64,000 nt of DNA from an uncultured delta proteobacterium (GTDB lineage Bacteria > Desulfobacterota > Desulfobacteria > Desulfobacterales > JAFDCJ01). Every line of letters begins with the position of its first letter. The stretch's first letter is position 1. The notes beneath the pieces are model-generated. The model had not been told where the DNA came from. It ran no database searches and saw only the letters and a list, made by a program, of their open reading frames with translations. This document shows, piece by piece, positions 10,968 to 22,932 of the stretch. A program made the translations under genes and the position numbers. The stretch is taken from the NCBI GenBank assembly GCA_963769935.1, contig CAVYNY010000010.1:288001-352000 (forward strand), in the 5' to 3' direction.

Positions 10968-11076
10968 GAAAGCTGGGAAGCTCGAAGGCCTGAAAGTTTG
11001 AAGGCTTGAAAATTTTTTGAGCCTCTTGGCATTCATTAAATTTAGGCATTTTAGGCACTTTTCAATTTTAGGCATT
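10968..11076. repeat. Half-elements: 8-bp GAAAGCTN-type units and TTTAGGCA units
   Basis: GAAAGCTGGGAAGCTCGAAGGCCTGAAAGTTTGAAGGCTTGAAA; AATTTAGGCATTTTAGGCACTTTTCAATTTTAGGCATTT (same family as 4770-4810). Confidence 0.6.
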
Positions 11077-11084
11077 TGACTTAT

Positions 11085-12719
11085 CTACCCTCCCCAGTCT
11101 TCCATCATCGCCTGAAAGGCGCCCTGTCCGGCCCGGAAGACGCCGCCGTAACCCCCGCCTGGATTGCCCCAGGCACTGGCGAGATAAAGGCCCTTGAGCG
11201 GGGTTCTGGTTTTGATCCGATTCATAAAGGCGTTGTCCATGGATTGTTCATACCCGTAAATGGCACCTTCCGTGTTGCCGGTATAATACCAGTTGGTCAG
11301 AGGCGTGGCCGCCTCCTGCACTTCTATCATAGAGGATAATCCGGGAATCAGCTCTTTTTCAGCGCGGCGGATAAGGGTCTGCGCCCAGCGCGCTTTTTCC
11401 TGGTTATAAGCATTCTTATTTCCGGCGCGATAATCCGATTCAAACTTGCGCCAGGGTTCATAGCCGCTCAGAAAAATCAACTGTAAGGTGGAGGTGCCGG
11501 TTTTGGAGTAGCCTTTAAAAATTTTATCGTAAGCAGCAACGCCAAACGCGCCTGTTTCTATTTCGCCTTTCAGGTGGGACTCAAATTCTTCCTCCGCGGT
11601 TTGGCCGGAGGATATAAACGTACTAAAAGCCTTTGTGTTTTCCGTGATATCCCGATTTAATCCAAGCCAAACAATAAACGAAGCCATGCTGGGTTTGTAT
11701 GTAGCTAACTTCTGCACAAAATCACTCGGCATTACATTTTGAGGCAGCATTTCCCGAAATGTCGCCGGGCCGCTCGCATTGCTCACCACGGCACACGCAG
11801 CAAGCCGTTGGCCGCCGGCCAATTCAACCCCCTGGACGCAACCGTCCTTAACCAGAATTTTGCCGGCCGGCGTGTTATACATAATTTTGCCGCCGTTATC
11901 TTCGATGACTTCGGCAATGGCATTGCTCAAATCCTGGGATCTCTGTTTGATATAATAAGATCCATTCTTAAGGTAGCCGCCAGTGGCGTTGGCATAGTAA
12001 AACCCCGAAAGCCTGGAAGGCGGCAGCCCGTAATAGCCCCAAAGGGCGGATAATACATTTTGCAATTCAGGATTCTTGACATAGTCATTGATGAGATCTG
12101 CCAGGGTCTTGTTGCGCACGTTCCACATCTTGCGATACTGCAGCGGAAACAACAGCTTAAAAAACCTGCCATTGTTGCGGGTCAGCGTCTCGACCTCCTC
12201 GGAGATGTCGAGCATTTCCGCCACAAAACCGCGAATTCCCTCGGCTTCGTCCGGAAAATGGCCGGATAGTGCCTGAATATACGCTTCCGGATTTTTTTGA
12301 GGAACCGTAATATCCAATGTCGGCGTTTTCAGCCGGTAAACTTCCGGAAGTTCGACCAGCTTAATTTTGTCCAGGACATCGATATCCTGTAAAATTCCGG
12401 CGGCCCCGTTGTTATGGATGGAAGTTCCGTGCAGCGATACTTCGAAGGTGAATTTCCCCGCCGCGCGGTCAAAAGAGGTTGCATAGCCGCCGGGAATGCT
12501 TTGCTGCTCCACGACTGTGACCGGTATGCCCTGCTTGGCCAGATAGGCCCCGCAGACCAGGCCGCCCAGTCCGGCTCCGATCACAACGGTGGGATATTCG
12601 CTTTTGGGTCCCATTTTGGCGGCATACGCCGATATGCTTTTCCAATCCAGCGCCACGGCAGCCGCGGCCATGGCTGAAATCGTCAAAAACGATCGTCTTG
12701 AGATGGGTTTGTTAAACAT
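11085..12719 (-). CDS. Tat-exported FAD-dependent oxidoreductase (phytoene desaturase/retinol saturase-like)
   Basis: Start MFNKPISRRSFL (twin-arginine) after GAGGAGG RBS; Rossmann motif VIGAGLGG; C-terminal ATPLT...GAIYG...LYLA. Confidence 0.85.
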   Translation of the reverse strand: MFNKPISRRSFLTISAMAAAAVALDWKSISAYAAKMGPKSEYPTVVIGAGLGGLVCGAYLAKQGIPVTVVEQQSIPGGYATSFDRAAGKFTFEVSLHGTSIHNNGAAGILQDIDVLDKIKLVELPEVYRLKTPTLDITVPQKNPEAYIQALSGHFPDEAEGIRGFVAEMLDISEEVETLTRNNGRFFKLLFPLQYRKMWNVRNKTLADLINDYVKNPELQNVLSALWGYYGLPPSRLSGFYYANATGGYLKNGSYYIKQRSQDLSNAIAEVIEDNGGKIMYNTPAGKILVKDGCVQGVELAGGQRLAACAVVSNASGPATFREMLPQNVMPSDFVQKLATYKPSMASFIVWLGLNRDITENTKAFSTFISSGQTAEEEFESHLKGEIETGAFGVAAYDKIFKGYSKTGTSTLQLIFLSGYEPWRKFESDYRAGNKNAYNQEKARWAQTLIRRAEKELIPGLSSMIEVQEAATPLTNWYYTGNTEGAIYGYEQSMDNAFMNRIKTRTPLKGLYLASAWGNPGGGYGGVFRAGQGAFQAMMEDWGG

Positions 12720-12733
12720 GGTAATCCTCCTCT

Positions 12734-12804
12734 CTAACAACAAACAACATACAACTGACAACATGCATGGAGCGGTAGGTTGCGGGTTGTTTGTTGTCTG
12801 TTGG
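12734..12804. repeat. Palindrome with 7-bp tandem-unit arms (ACAACAN)
   Basis: AACAACAAACAACATACAACTGACAAC versus GTTGCGGGTTGTTTGTTGTCTGTTGG; lies just upstream of the oxidoreductase RBS. Confidence 0.7.
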
Positions 12805-12898
12805 GAAAAAGATCATGATTGAACCTTCGCGCGATTAATCCGCGCATTTCCATTTTGGAGTTAGTTTACCTGAAGCCAAAGGCCATTGCCATCAAAAG

Positions 12899-12951
12899 GC
12901 GATAAAATGCACAAATAGGCAGCTGAAATGCAAATATAACGGATAAACGGG
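12899..12951 (-). promoter_or_regulatory. Candidate LytTR-binding direct repeats
   Basis: Three imperfect repeats about 20-21 bp apart (+ strand GATAAAATGC, GCTGAAATGC, GGATAAACGG) upstream of the oxidoreductase-2TM-HK-LytTR run. Confidence 0.45.
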
Positions 12952-12960
12952 GGGTGCAAC

Positions 12961-13018
12961 TTGTTATTGGTTACTGGTTATTTGTTATTGGAGGGTGGAA
13001 GCGGTTTTCAACCGCGAT
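12961..13018. repeat. 7-bp tandem arm (GTTATTG) plus single REP-like hairpin
   Basis: TTGTTATTGGTTACTGGTTATTTGTTATTGG followed by GTGGAAGCGGTTTTCAACCGCGAT (same family as 15533-15605). Confidence 0.65.
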
Positions 13019-13186
13019 CTTTTTAGATAAAATTTTCTTGCCGGATTTTCTTCAAAGCCTAAGCGAGAAAGCCCTTTCCTTTCTTCCCCTGGCGAAGATC
13101 CGCCTATGGAGTGAGCGGGAGGGACCGACCCGCCCGCAAAGCTCTCGCTTGCGAGGCGGGCGGGGGAAGGGGGTTAAAATGTGGAC

Positions 13187-14119
13187 TCATTCCACTAATC
13201 TGGTTTTTGCGGATAGCCGCGTTTTCTCGATTTCCAACGCCGCCAGAATGGTTTTAAAATTGATGTCGACGATATCTTTAAGATTCCGCGCATAGCCGCC
13301 GGCCATGGTGACCGCCGCCGGAAGTCCTGCTTCATAACAATGGCGCAATACAAGACGATCGCGCTGCGCCAGGCCTTCCTTAGTCAATGCCAGGCGGCCG
13401 AACCGGTCTTCTTGGTATGGGTCCGCCCCGGCCAGATAAATCACGAGATCGGCGCTAAAATTATCCAGCGACCTGATAATCCCTTTGTCGAGGGCTGCGA
13501 GATAGGCGGCATCATCGGCTCCGTCTTCCAGCTCGACATCCAGATCACTTTTTTCTTTTTGATAGGGAAAGTTGTTTTTGCCATGGATGGAAAAGGTGAA
13601 GATGGTGGCATCGTCTTTGAGAATGGCGGCCGTGCCGTTGCCCTGATGAACATCGCAGTCGATAATCAATACCTGCCGGACAAGACCTTCCGCCTGCATG
13701 GCTCGGACGGCAATCGCCGTATCATTCAACCAGCAGTATCCCTGGCCGTGATCCCGGAATGCATGGTGGGTGCCGCCCCCGAGATTGACGGCCACCCCTT
13801 CCTCCAGGGCCGCCCGGCAGGCCGCGATGGTGCCGCCGACCGAATAGCGTGTCCGCTTTACAATCTCCGCAGACCACGGCAGGCCGACCCGCCGGATCTC
13901 TTTATCCGATAATTCACCGTTTAACAGGCGTCGAACATAATTCGGATCATGGGCGCGGAGAATAGCTTCATCGGATGCCGGTTCGGGAACCCGCAATTCT
14001 ATCGACTGATCACACAGCTCCTCTATAATCCGCATCCTCAGCAAAAAATATTTGTCTTTCGGAAAGCTGTGATTTTCCGGCAGCGGAATGGGAAAGGTAT
14101 CGGTGTAAAAAATTTTCAT
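13187..14119 (-). CDS. Histone deacetylase-family (acetylpolyamine/lysine deacetylase-like) hydrolase
   Basis: GGTHHA, DCDVHQGNG, GADP, AGGY motifs. Confidence 0.9.
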   Translation of the reverse strand: MKIFYTDTFPIPLPENHSFPKDKYFLLRMRIIEELCDQSIELRVPEPASDEAILRAHDPNYVRRLLNGELSDKEIRRVGLPWSAEIVKRTRYSVGGTIAACRAALEEGVAVNLGGGTHHAFRDHGQGYCWLNDTAIAVRAMQAEGLVRQVLIIDCDVHQGNGTAAILKDDATIFTFSIHGKNNFPYQKEKSDLDVELEDGADDAAYLAALDKGIIRSLDNFSADLVIYLAGADPYQEDRFGRLALTKEGLAQRDRLVLRHCYEAGLPAAVTMAGGYARNLKDIVDINFKTILAALEIEKTRLSAKTRLVE

Positions 14120-14472
14120 TCATCCCTGCCGGTTTCAAGGCAGAATCAAATATTTTGATCGTCGCCAACTTTGGATCAAATATCGGATGCAAATCACATT
14201 AGAAAAATATAATGAATTCTAATACCTTATTGCACGTAAGCCGTGCAATATCAATCGAATAGAAAAAGACCGCATGATATTTTCATAATTCCAAAAAAAT
14301 CCAGCTTGAAAATTATTTAAAATTTCTCAATACCCTATCTGAATTGATTATTTTATGTTTTTAAACTACAATAAGCCCAAAATTCTAAATTATTCCAATA
14401 TTTGCTTTGCGTTCGGAAATGCAGTTGATCGACTTTTTCGATTTGCCATGGAGAAGGGAAGAACTTTTTGAA

Positions 14473-14793
14473 ATGATGTCCAAAGAGGACCATAAAATTC
14501 TTAAAGAGTTTGCCGGTCGCGTTCATGAGCGGTTTTCGGATGCGCGTGTCTGGGCCTTTGGTTCACGTGCGAGAGGAGAAGCGACATGGGAGTCCGACTT
14601 TGATATCCTAATTGTATTAAGCGAAGTCGATCAGAAGATAGACCGCTGGATACGCGAAATCGCCTGGGAAGTCGGTTTCAATAACGATCGGGTTATTACA
14701 ACGATTTTGCTTGATCAACTTCAATTCGAACATGGTCCCATGTCAGAGAGCACCATTGTTGAAAATATTCTGCGAGAGGGAATCAGCGCATGA
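14473..14793 (+). CDS. Minimal nucleotidyltransferase (MNT antitoxin)
   Basis: FGSRARG...SDFD (GS-x10-DxD); overlaps the HEPN gene by ATGA. Confidence 0.85.
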   Translation: MMSKEDHKILKEFAGRVHERFSDARVWAFGSRARGEATWESDFDILIVLSEVDQKIDRWIREIAWEVGFNNDRVITTILLDQLQFEHGPMSESTIVENILREGISA

Positions 14794-15188
14794 TGAACGA
14801 AAACATCCAAGCCCTGGTAACCTACCGACTTGAACAAGCCGATGAATCCCTGGAGGCAGCAAGGACGTTATTTGTCAAAAAGCTGATCAGACCCTCTATA
14901 AATCGGGCATACTACGCCATGTTCTATGCAGTGCTGGCGCTTCTTGCGCAGGGAAAGAAAGAAACCTCGAAACATAGCGGCGCAATAGCGCTTTTTGACC
15001 GGGATTTTGTTAAGCAAGGTATTTTTAAAAAGGATTATTCCCGATGGCTGCACGATGCCTTCGATTTACGACAACGCTCTGATTATGCTGCAGAATATCA
15101 CGCTTCCCCGGAAGATGCCGAGATAACTATGAAAAATGCCGAAACGTTTGTGGATTCGGTTAAAAAAGTTCTGTCAAAGGAACTGTAA
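14790..15188 (+). CDS. HEPN-domain protein (putative toxin)
   Basis: RAYYAMFYA, SKHSG, LRQRSDY motifs; paired with MNT. Confidence 0.85.
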   Translation: MMNENIQALVTYRLEQADESLEAARTLFVKKLIRPSINRAYYAMFYAVLALLAQGKKETSKHSGAIALFDRDFVKQGIFKKDYSRWLHDAFDLRQRSDYAAEYHASPEDAEITMKNAETFVDSVKKVLSKEL

Positions 15189-15532
15189 GTATCGTAATCT
15201 TTTCCGGTTGCATGCTCACAGAAAACTTCACAATAGCAATTTTTAAGGTCGTTTCTAATCAGCCAGTGAACCGCCGCCTTTTCCTGCCGATTATGCGCCC
15301 TCTGGATAGCCGCCCCAAAAAAAATCTTCATTCGAATTCGTTTCTCCTTTTATTTCGTAACCTTCTACTGAGCGAAAAGCTCTTCTTATGTTTACATTGT
15401 CGCGACACTGTCGCGAAAATTTATTTTCATGAATTTAGCAACTATTGACCTCTATAGATCATATATGTACACTAAACCTCTTATGGAAATTCATTTGACC
15501 TAAGGTTATTTTTAGATTGACGTTACTGGCTC

Positions 15533-15605
15533 GTGGGAATGGTTTTTAACCACGATTTTAGATGCTTGCCCGACCGGGTCAATCGCGGTTGAAAACCGCT
15601 CCCAC
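15533..15605. repeat. Inverted REP doublet (REPIN-like)
   Basis: GTGGGAATGGTTTTTAACCACGAT and inverted ATCGCGGTTGAAAACCGCTCCCAC. Confidence 0.75.
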
Positions 15606-15684
15606 AATCTCTTTAACCAGTTTTCAGATTCCATCATAATGTGATTCTCCCTTTTCTAAAGGGAAGTTAGAACGGAACATATTT

Positions 15685-16151
15685 ATGGCACCCGGTATAA
15701 CCGTTAAAACAATCCGCGCTAAAAGCGTACTCAACAAATCGAAGATCTTTGATTACTGCATCAATCCCTATCCTTCAGGAGTTTGAGCATATTGAAGCCG
15801 GATTTTCCATCACCACCGACGACGAGGCAGTTGCCAGACAATTTGAACCGGGCGCTCCCCCGATAAAGCAGCGGATTGAGGCCTTGAAAAAGATCCGATC
15901 GGCAGGGAATCGAAACGTTTGCGTTCATAGGCCCTATCCTCCCCGGAAATCCCCAAAACCTGATCCGATATCTTGAAGACGCAGCGGACCGCGTGCCAAT
16001 CGATCGGATGAATTATGTAAACACCATTAAGTCGATTTACCGCAAACTTGGTTTTCATCAAGAGATAGAAGATCGCTATTTTGACGAAACCAGAGACCGG
16101 TTGATCTTAGAGTTGAATAGACGGAACATGAAATACGAGGCTTTTTTCTAA
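15685..16151 (+). pseudogene. Radical SAM (spore photoproduct lyase-like) pseudogene with internal deletion
   Basis: MAPGITVKTIRAKSVLNKSKIFDYCINPY is joined directly to GFSITTDDEAVARQFEPGAPP...RIEAL...FIGPILP...DRMNY. The CxxxCxxC region expected after NPY is absent. Confidence 0.75.
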
Positions 16152-16234
16152 TTTGTGATTGAACGAAAACACGCCCAACGCCGATGTTGGGTTTCGCCCT
16201 TAGGAATCCGTATCGCCGCAAGAGCTTGATTTTC

Positions 16235-16291
16235 GTAGGTTGGGTTGAGGGACGAATCCCAACACTTTCGATCGGACTCAACCCAACCTAC
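16235..16291. repeat. GTAG-type REP-like inverted repeat
   Basis: Perfect 15-bp IR GTAGGTTGGGTTGAG / CTCAACCCAACCTAC; a related half-copy lies near 16163-16196. Confidence 0.75.
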
Positions 16292-16447
16292 CCGAAATTC
16301 GGACTTTTCGTTCAGGCACTAATTAATCTGCTCTGGAAAATGGCACATCATGAATCGAAGACTGTTATTTAAACTGCAGAAAAGATGAAGATGGCACAAT
16401 ACTTTAATTTGCAGCCATCCACAAAAGCACGTGGATAGGAGGTCACG

Positions 16448-17461
16448 ATGGCCGGGAAAAAAGACAAGACCAAGATTTCCAAAAGACGACAGAAAGCAAA
16501 ACAGCAAAAGGCGAAGAAGCGCAAATTGCGGCTGATCAAAGGCGGCGCAGGAGAGACCTCCCGGCCGTCAGTTATCGAAAGGCCCGGGATGCCCTATTTG
16601 GGGGCTCCCGAGGGGTTTCGATCCATTTCATTTTCGCAGGCCATTATGGAATACGGTGGGCCCGTGTTGGAGCAACTTAAAAACGAAAAAGACATGAATG
16701 CAGCCCTTCAACTCTCCGGTTTGTTCTGGAACTATACGATTAGCGTTCGAGACGGGAAAGGTCGATCGCAAGATCGAAAAGGAGATCGTTAAAGAGGTCA
16801 AATCCGCTTTTGGGTTTGAACATAGAAGAAACTCAAACGTTGATAAAAAAAATGGTCGCAAGGTACCATTACCTGTTTCCAGAAGACATCCAGCCCAAAC
16901 CGCCCTCACCCTTTATGTTCATCCGCAAAGAAGTGCGCCATCTTATCCGGCCGTTTGATTACGCCAAATTGAACATTTCCGAACGGCTCATACCGCCGGA
17001 TGCTGATGACCAGGATGCCATCGACAAACTGAAAAAGCTCGATACCCTGGTGTTGGATCAGGCCGATTACAAACAGTTTGAATCGTTATTGACCGAGGTC
17101 AAGGACAGTTGCGAGGAGCGGTTTCGGCAGTGGCTGATTGCCAAGGGTTTGGATGAGCGCGCAGACGAGCTTGCCGATTGTCCCTATATCTTCTTTGATT
17201 TCGTATACGGCTACATGCATGATGATGTGATTGTTCTAAAAACAGTTGCCGATCAATACTGGTTGGAATTTTTTGAGGATTTCCTCATCCGTAAAATGAT
17301 GGTCTCCCCGCCGGAATATGTTCAATGGCCGCCGGCCCTGAAGCTCTTCTATCGATTTCTCCATGAAAAGGGCTATCTCAATAATCCGGACAAAATCATC
17401 GACCGAATCGACAAGATCGAGCCTCATTTCATCGAGGCCCTGAAGACATCAATTTTCCTAG
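16448..17461 (+). CDS. Hypothetical protein broken by about three +1 frameshifts (probably sequence errors)
   Basis: ORFs 16448, 16698 and 16810 join into one frame if single bases are removed near 16760, 16812 and 17445 (ending KHQFS*). GGAGG RBS at start. Confidence 0.55.
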
Positions 17462-17552
17462 GAATTTTCATGAATCTTGGGACAGCTCAGTATTTTTTTC
17501 ATCCGACGGGCTCTGCTAAGGTTTGCTACTTTCAAATAAGGACCCCGGAACT

Positions 17553-18697
17553 ATGAGCGAATACCAGTATTATGAATTCAAAGCGGTCGATAAACCGTTA
17601 ACCGAAAAAGACATGCAGGCGCTCAGAGATCTGTCGACACGGGCGCGGATCACTCCCACCAGTTTTGTCAACGAGTATAGTTGGGGCGATTTAAAAGGCG
17701 ATCCATTAAAACTGGTGGAAAAATATTTTGATGCCTTTTTATATTTAGCCAATTGGGGAACCCACCGGTTCATGCTCAAGGTGCCGCGCCATTTGGTCGA
17801 TGTCGATCAGGTCATTAAATATTGTCCCGGTGAAAGTGCGGTTATCCATGAAAAAGGGGATCAATTGATTTTCGATTTCACTTCGGCTACTGAAGATTAT
17901 GATTGGGAAGAAGGCCAAGGGTGGTTGTCATCGCTAATATCATTGCGGGCGGATATCGTCAATGGCGACCACCGCGCTCTGTATATGGCCTGGCTCTTTT
18001 GTGTCCAGATGCACGAGCTGAAGGATGACGAGCCGGAACCGCCGGTTCCGCCGAGTCTGGCTGATCTCAACGCACCACTGCAGAGTTTTGTTGACTTTAT
18101 GCGAATCGATCAGGACCTGATTGCTGCAGCAACTGAAAACAGCAGTTCTGACTCCGGCCGGACCGATTCCGGTTTCTTGAAAACCTGGATCCATAATCTG
18201 CCGGTGGTTGAAAAAGATGACTTTCTGTTTCGTTTAGTTGATGCGCCCAGCCCTCATCTCGGGGCGGAATTAAAGCAAAGATTTCTGCGCACAATTTCGA
18301 GGGCAGCCAATTCAACAACAAAAAAATCACCGCGCAGCGTTCAGGAACTGCTCGCAAGGGCAGAAATAATCACTGAAGAGAGAGAACGCCGGGCAGCTGA
18401 ACAAAATGCCAAAGAGCTGGCAAGAAAAAAAGAGAAAAAGCGATTGCCCGAGAGAAATATTTAAAGAGTCTGGTCGGGCGCGAAGACAGCACCTGGGAAA
18501 AAGTGGCCGCCCTCATCGACTCAAAACAGCCGGCCAAATACGATGAAGCGGTAAAATTGCTGGTTGACCTGCGGGATCTCAATAAAACCGCCGGAAAAGA
18601 AAGTGCCTTTAATGCGAAGCTTCAAAAAATCCGCGAAAAGCACCATCGAAAACCGAGTTTTCTGGATCGGCTGAAAAAGGCAGGACTGAGAGATTGA
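17553..18697 (+). CDS. Conserved hypothetical protein (MSEYQYYEF...), one frameshift in an A-run
   Basis: ORFs 17523 and 18503 join if the A7 run at ~18425-18431 is A8 (KKREKAIAREKYL...KPSFLDRLKKAGL). Confidence 0.65.
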
Positions 18698-19012
18698 TTA
18701 TATAAATGGGATAGAATGAAAGAGGCGATACTGGCGACCTAAATAAACGAGCGTTTCCCCGCTGATGTATTTTTTCGGTGCCGGCAGCGGGTGATACCTT
18801 TCGAGTGCATCGAGTTTGCCCGTAATCCAGGCCGCTTTTTTAATCACCGCAGTCTCAATTTGCTCTTCGTTGGCGGTGGCGGGTGCAAACACATCGACTG
18901 TAAGTTCCGGCGAAACGACAATGCGCATCCTTCGGCGATCCTGGCGATGAAGTTTGTAGGCGATCTCGCGGGTACCGAATGCAATTGCCTTTATGGATTT
19001 GTCAGTTCTCAT
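18698..19012 (-). pseudogene. Truncated M48/YgjP (DUF45) metallopeptidase downstream of hsdR
   Basis: N-terminal motifs (RRRMRIVV, GETLVYLGRQYRL) present; stops at 104 aa before any HExxH. Confidence 0.7.
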
Positions 19013-22000
19013 TAGCGATGGCCACCTCTATGCAGCGATCGATAATGGCGTCATGGTCATCCAGCGTCAGCTCCAGGCCGCGCTTTTTCTCAATGTCAAA
19101 CAGGATATCATCAATTTCACCGCGCATTCTATTAATGGCGTCCGGGTTGGTTCGCCAGTCACGGATCTTGTGCCTGGCGATTCGGTCAACCATTTCAATC
19201 GCAATCTCGGCCCCGGTGTTTTCGCTATATGTGCCGTATGCTGCAATCCGTTCGCGAACCTGACCGAAATAGCGTCTTGCCATGTCATTTCCCACAAGTC
19301 CGGCAGGGACATCGTCATCGGTGTGGGTAACGACTTTGGTGGAGATCTCCTTGATTTTCCCGAGGGCCTCCAGAGCGTTCAACCGTCCTTGATGATAGGT
19401 CTCAATAACCTCTTCAAGAAGCCTGGAAAATTTTTGGTAAAAGGCCGGATCCTTGCCCATTTCCTGCTCAATAACGTGGCGGGTGGCAGACGCGATCATA
19501 TCGGCTTTGGCACCCTGACTCTTGCCATTCTCTTCAATTAACTGCAGGCGGTCACTTTCATTTAACAGGTTGATGGGCTCACAAAGCTGTTCCACTTCAC
19601 CGCCGCCCACATGCGTATCGATCAGCTTTTTGATTTTTGGCTCATATTCGGAAAAATCGACGACTTCCTGGTAGCGGAGCGTGACCGCCGCCCTGAGATT
19701 CTGGAAGAACTTGAGATCCTTTTTATACCTTTCAATTGTTTCCCTTTTGGTCGATCCCAAAAAGTTACTCGATGACAATGCCAATGCCAACGTACGTGCA
19801 AACAGACTGAACCGTTCATAAAACCGATTTCGCAGATCGGCATCCCGTAAATGGATTTCGTAAGCTTCAGGATCTTTGGAGCCCCTCAATTGAGTGAAGA
19901 GCTCCCAAAGGTTAGAGTGCATCTGGGGCAAACTTGCGGCCTGATCCGAAATATAGGTCACCGTCTGCTCAAGATCGATACGGTCATAATCCGCCAGTTG
20001 ACTGTAGAAATCAATGGCTTCATCCAGGCTTTCGATCACGCCGCTGTAATCTAGAATCAGGCCGTATTCTTTGCCCTCGTGCAGACGATTGACGCGGGCG
20101 ATGGCCTGCAGCAGCGTATGTTCTTTCAGTTTGCGAGCCAGATACAAAACCGTGTTGCACGGAGCATCAAAACCGGTCAGAAGTTTATCGACAACGATAA
20201 TGATCTCCGGGGTTTCTCCGTGTTTGAAGGCATTGATTAACTGCTTGTTGTATTTCTGCTCGGACCCATAGCGATCCATCATCGACTGCCAGAAATCTTT
20301 CTCCGTTTGTGACGGCCCGGTACCGGCGCTTTCGCCTTCCTGGCTGGGAAGGTGCGGAAATCAAGACCTCGGTGGAAACCAGACTGATACTCGTCCATAA
20401 ATTGCTTATAGGCAATCGCCGTATTTTTGTCCGGCGTCACCAGTTGGCCCTTTAGGCCTGTGTTCTGATAAAACATACTGTAATGAAGACCCACATCCCA
20501 GGCGATCATGCGCACTTTTTGGATCGCTTTATTGAGTTGACGCTCGGTGGAAAACTTCCTTTTCAGGTCGGCTTTCTGATCAACGGTCAAGGCCGATGGT
20601 CATTTTTTCGAACCAGCCGTCAATGGACTTTTTGTCAACTTCCTGCGGCACATGTCGGGCCTCATACAGCAGCGGCACCACGGCCCCGTCTTTAACTGCC
20701 CGTGCGATGGTATAGGCCGGCTGAAAAAGATCGCCGAACTGGGCAAAAGTATTCTTCTTTGCCGATTTGGCCAGGGGCGTGCCGGTAAAGGCAATAAAAC
20801 AGGCGCCTTTCAGGGCCAGTCGCATGCGGGCGTGCTGCTCGCTGTATTGGCTGCGATGCCCCTCATCCACGAGAACGAATGTGTTGCGATCTGCCTGCAA
20901 GCTTTTTATTTGATGTGGCCACCGCGAACTTATGAATAAGGGTCGTGATGATTTGGATTCGTTGATCCTGCAGCAATTCGACGAGATGCTTGCCGGTATT
21001 GGCCTGTTCCGGCTCCAGGCTGCAGGCGCGAAAAGTGCCGCAGATCTGATCGTCCAGATCGATCCGGTCGGTTACCAGAATGACTTTTGGGTTGGCAATT
21101 TCCGGATGCAGGGCCAAAGATTTTGCCAGCATGACCATGGTTAGCGATTTGCCGCTGCCCTGGGTATGCCAGACAACACCGCCGGGCCGGGGTCCGTCTG
21201 AATGCTCGCTTAGAACACGGTCTATGATGGAATGGACTGTAAAATACTGCTGATAGCGTGCAATCTTTTTCGTGCCGTTGTCAAACAGGATAAATTTATA
21301 GGAAAGCTCCAGCAGACGTTGGGGCCGGCACAGGGCATACAGGGCACGGTCCTGTTCGTAAATTTCGCGCCCCTGATCGAGGATCCTGCGGTATTCGTTT
21401 TTTACATCTGCAAATGGTCCGGACATCAACCGTTCCGTATCCGTAACGCTTAAAGGCATTTCCAGCATGCTGCGGATCGCCGCATCAATGCGGTCTTCCT
21501 GCCAGGCAGCCCAGAACTGCCGCCGCGTGCCGGTAGTGCCGTAGCGGGCCTTGTCCCGCGCCAGCGCCAGCAAAAGCTGGCTGTATAAAAATAGCTGGGG
21601 GATGCCGTCCCGGTCCTGGTAATCGGATAGCTGGTCAATGGCAAGATCAATCGGCTTCTTTTTAACCTGGGTATAGGCAGACCGTTTGCACTCAATCACC
21701 ACCAGCGGGATGCCGTTTACAAACAGGACAATATCCGGGATGTAATGCTTGTCATACCCGACCCGCTCGACCTTGAACTCCGCCGTGCAATGATAGGAAT
21801 TGTTTGCCGGATTTTTCCAATCGATATAGTCGATGGTAAAACTCTTGGTATCGCCTTCCACGGTCTGAGGCACACTGGTACCTAGACAGAGCAGATCATA
21901 GAGTTGTTCGTTCTCGTGCAGCGCACCGGTGGCCCGGAAATTTTTGATTGCCTGCAGCGCGTTCTGGATGGCATTTTCAGTAAAAGGGTGGACGGCCCCT

Positions 22001-22221
22001 TTGAACAGGTAGCGGCAATGATTCCGGATGTGGTCGATCAGGATCGGCTCTAAAACAACGGCGCCCAACCGTCCGTTGCGCAGCTTGACGGTCTCCTCCG
22101 GGGCCAGGTACTGCCAGCCCATCTGCATCAACAGGTGCAAAGCCGGCAGCTGGGACTGAACCTTTTCCAGGTAGCTGGGCAGATCGTACTCGGATGCGCC
22201 GAATGGGGTTTGGTTTTCCAT
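19002..22221 (-). CDS. hsdR: Type I restriction enzyme R subunit, split by about four frameshifts
   Basis: PDIVLFVNGIPLVVIECK nuclease motif, WHTQGSGKS, DEGHRSQ, FTGTP, LLTGFDAP, QAIARVNR spread over four ORFs. Confidence 0.9.
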
Positions 22222-22238
22222 GGAGTACTCCTCTTACG

Positions 22239-22267
22239 AACCACGAAATACAGGAAATATACGAAAG
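22239..22267. repeat. Single arm of a CACGAA-family palindrome upstream of the hsdR RBS
   Basis: AACCACGAAATACAGGAAATATACGAAAG. Confidence 0.6.
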
Positions 22268-22290
22268 ATAAATGTTATAAAGAAAAACGG

Positions 22291-22932
22291 TTATTTCCTT
22301 GCTTTTGAAAGTTCCTTCAGTACTGCCTGTCCAGTTTTGGTAAGTCTATACTTCTGTAGGCTGCTTTTCGGTTTGTCTGGACGCGTCATTTCTAAAAATT
22401 CGGCCATTATAGCCGGCAGAAGGTATGTTTTGCGGAAATGTTCAGCGTCTTTCAAATTGAGCATTTCCTGAAGTTCCTTACGGGAATGCTCGCCGGTTAT
22501 TACTTTTAAAAGCTTTTCGACTTCCGGGGTGACTTCCGGGGTGACTTCCTCAATCGCCCTCTGATTCATGGAATCTACGAAGGCATGATGGACAGGAAAT
22601 TCAACTAGAAAAAAGGTTCGATCATCATCGGTATAAAATATCGGCTCAGGAGATTCGTTTTTCTTAATCTCCCGTAAAATTTTCGGGATGCCGGTTCCGC
22701 GGCCCTCGGTCATTTCAAGTTCTTTTAAAAATTCGCCCACCCGCCGGTTGCGATAACGGCGTGAAAGAAAACGAAATTTCCGCATATCTTGATCGCGGAT
22801 GGAACGGTCCGGGCCGGGAAAGCTGCAGATTGTCAGGGAATCCTGCAATATGCGCACTTCAACGGGTTCCCGTATTTCATAGGATCGGTGGTACACCGCA
22901 TTGCACAACGCCTCCTCTATAGCGGCAAGAGG
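22291..22932 (-). pseudogene. 3' remnant of an HATPase_c_4/HTH (RecG-C-like) transcription regulator/ATP-binding gene
   Basis: PLAAIEEALCNAVYHRSY, RNRRV, EGRGTGI and C-terminal PDKPKS..QKYRLT; N-terminal half missing. Confidence 0.75.
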
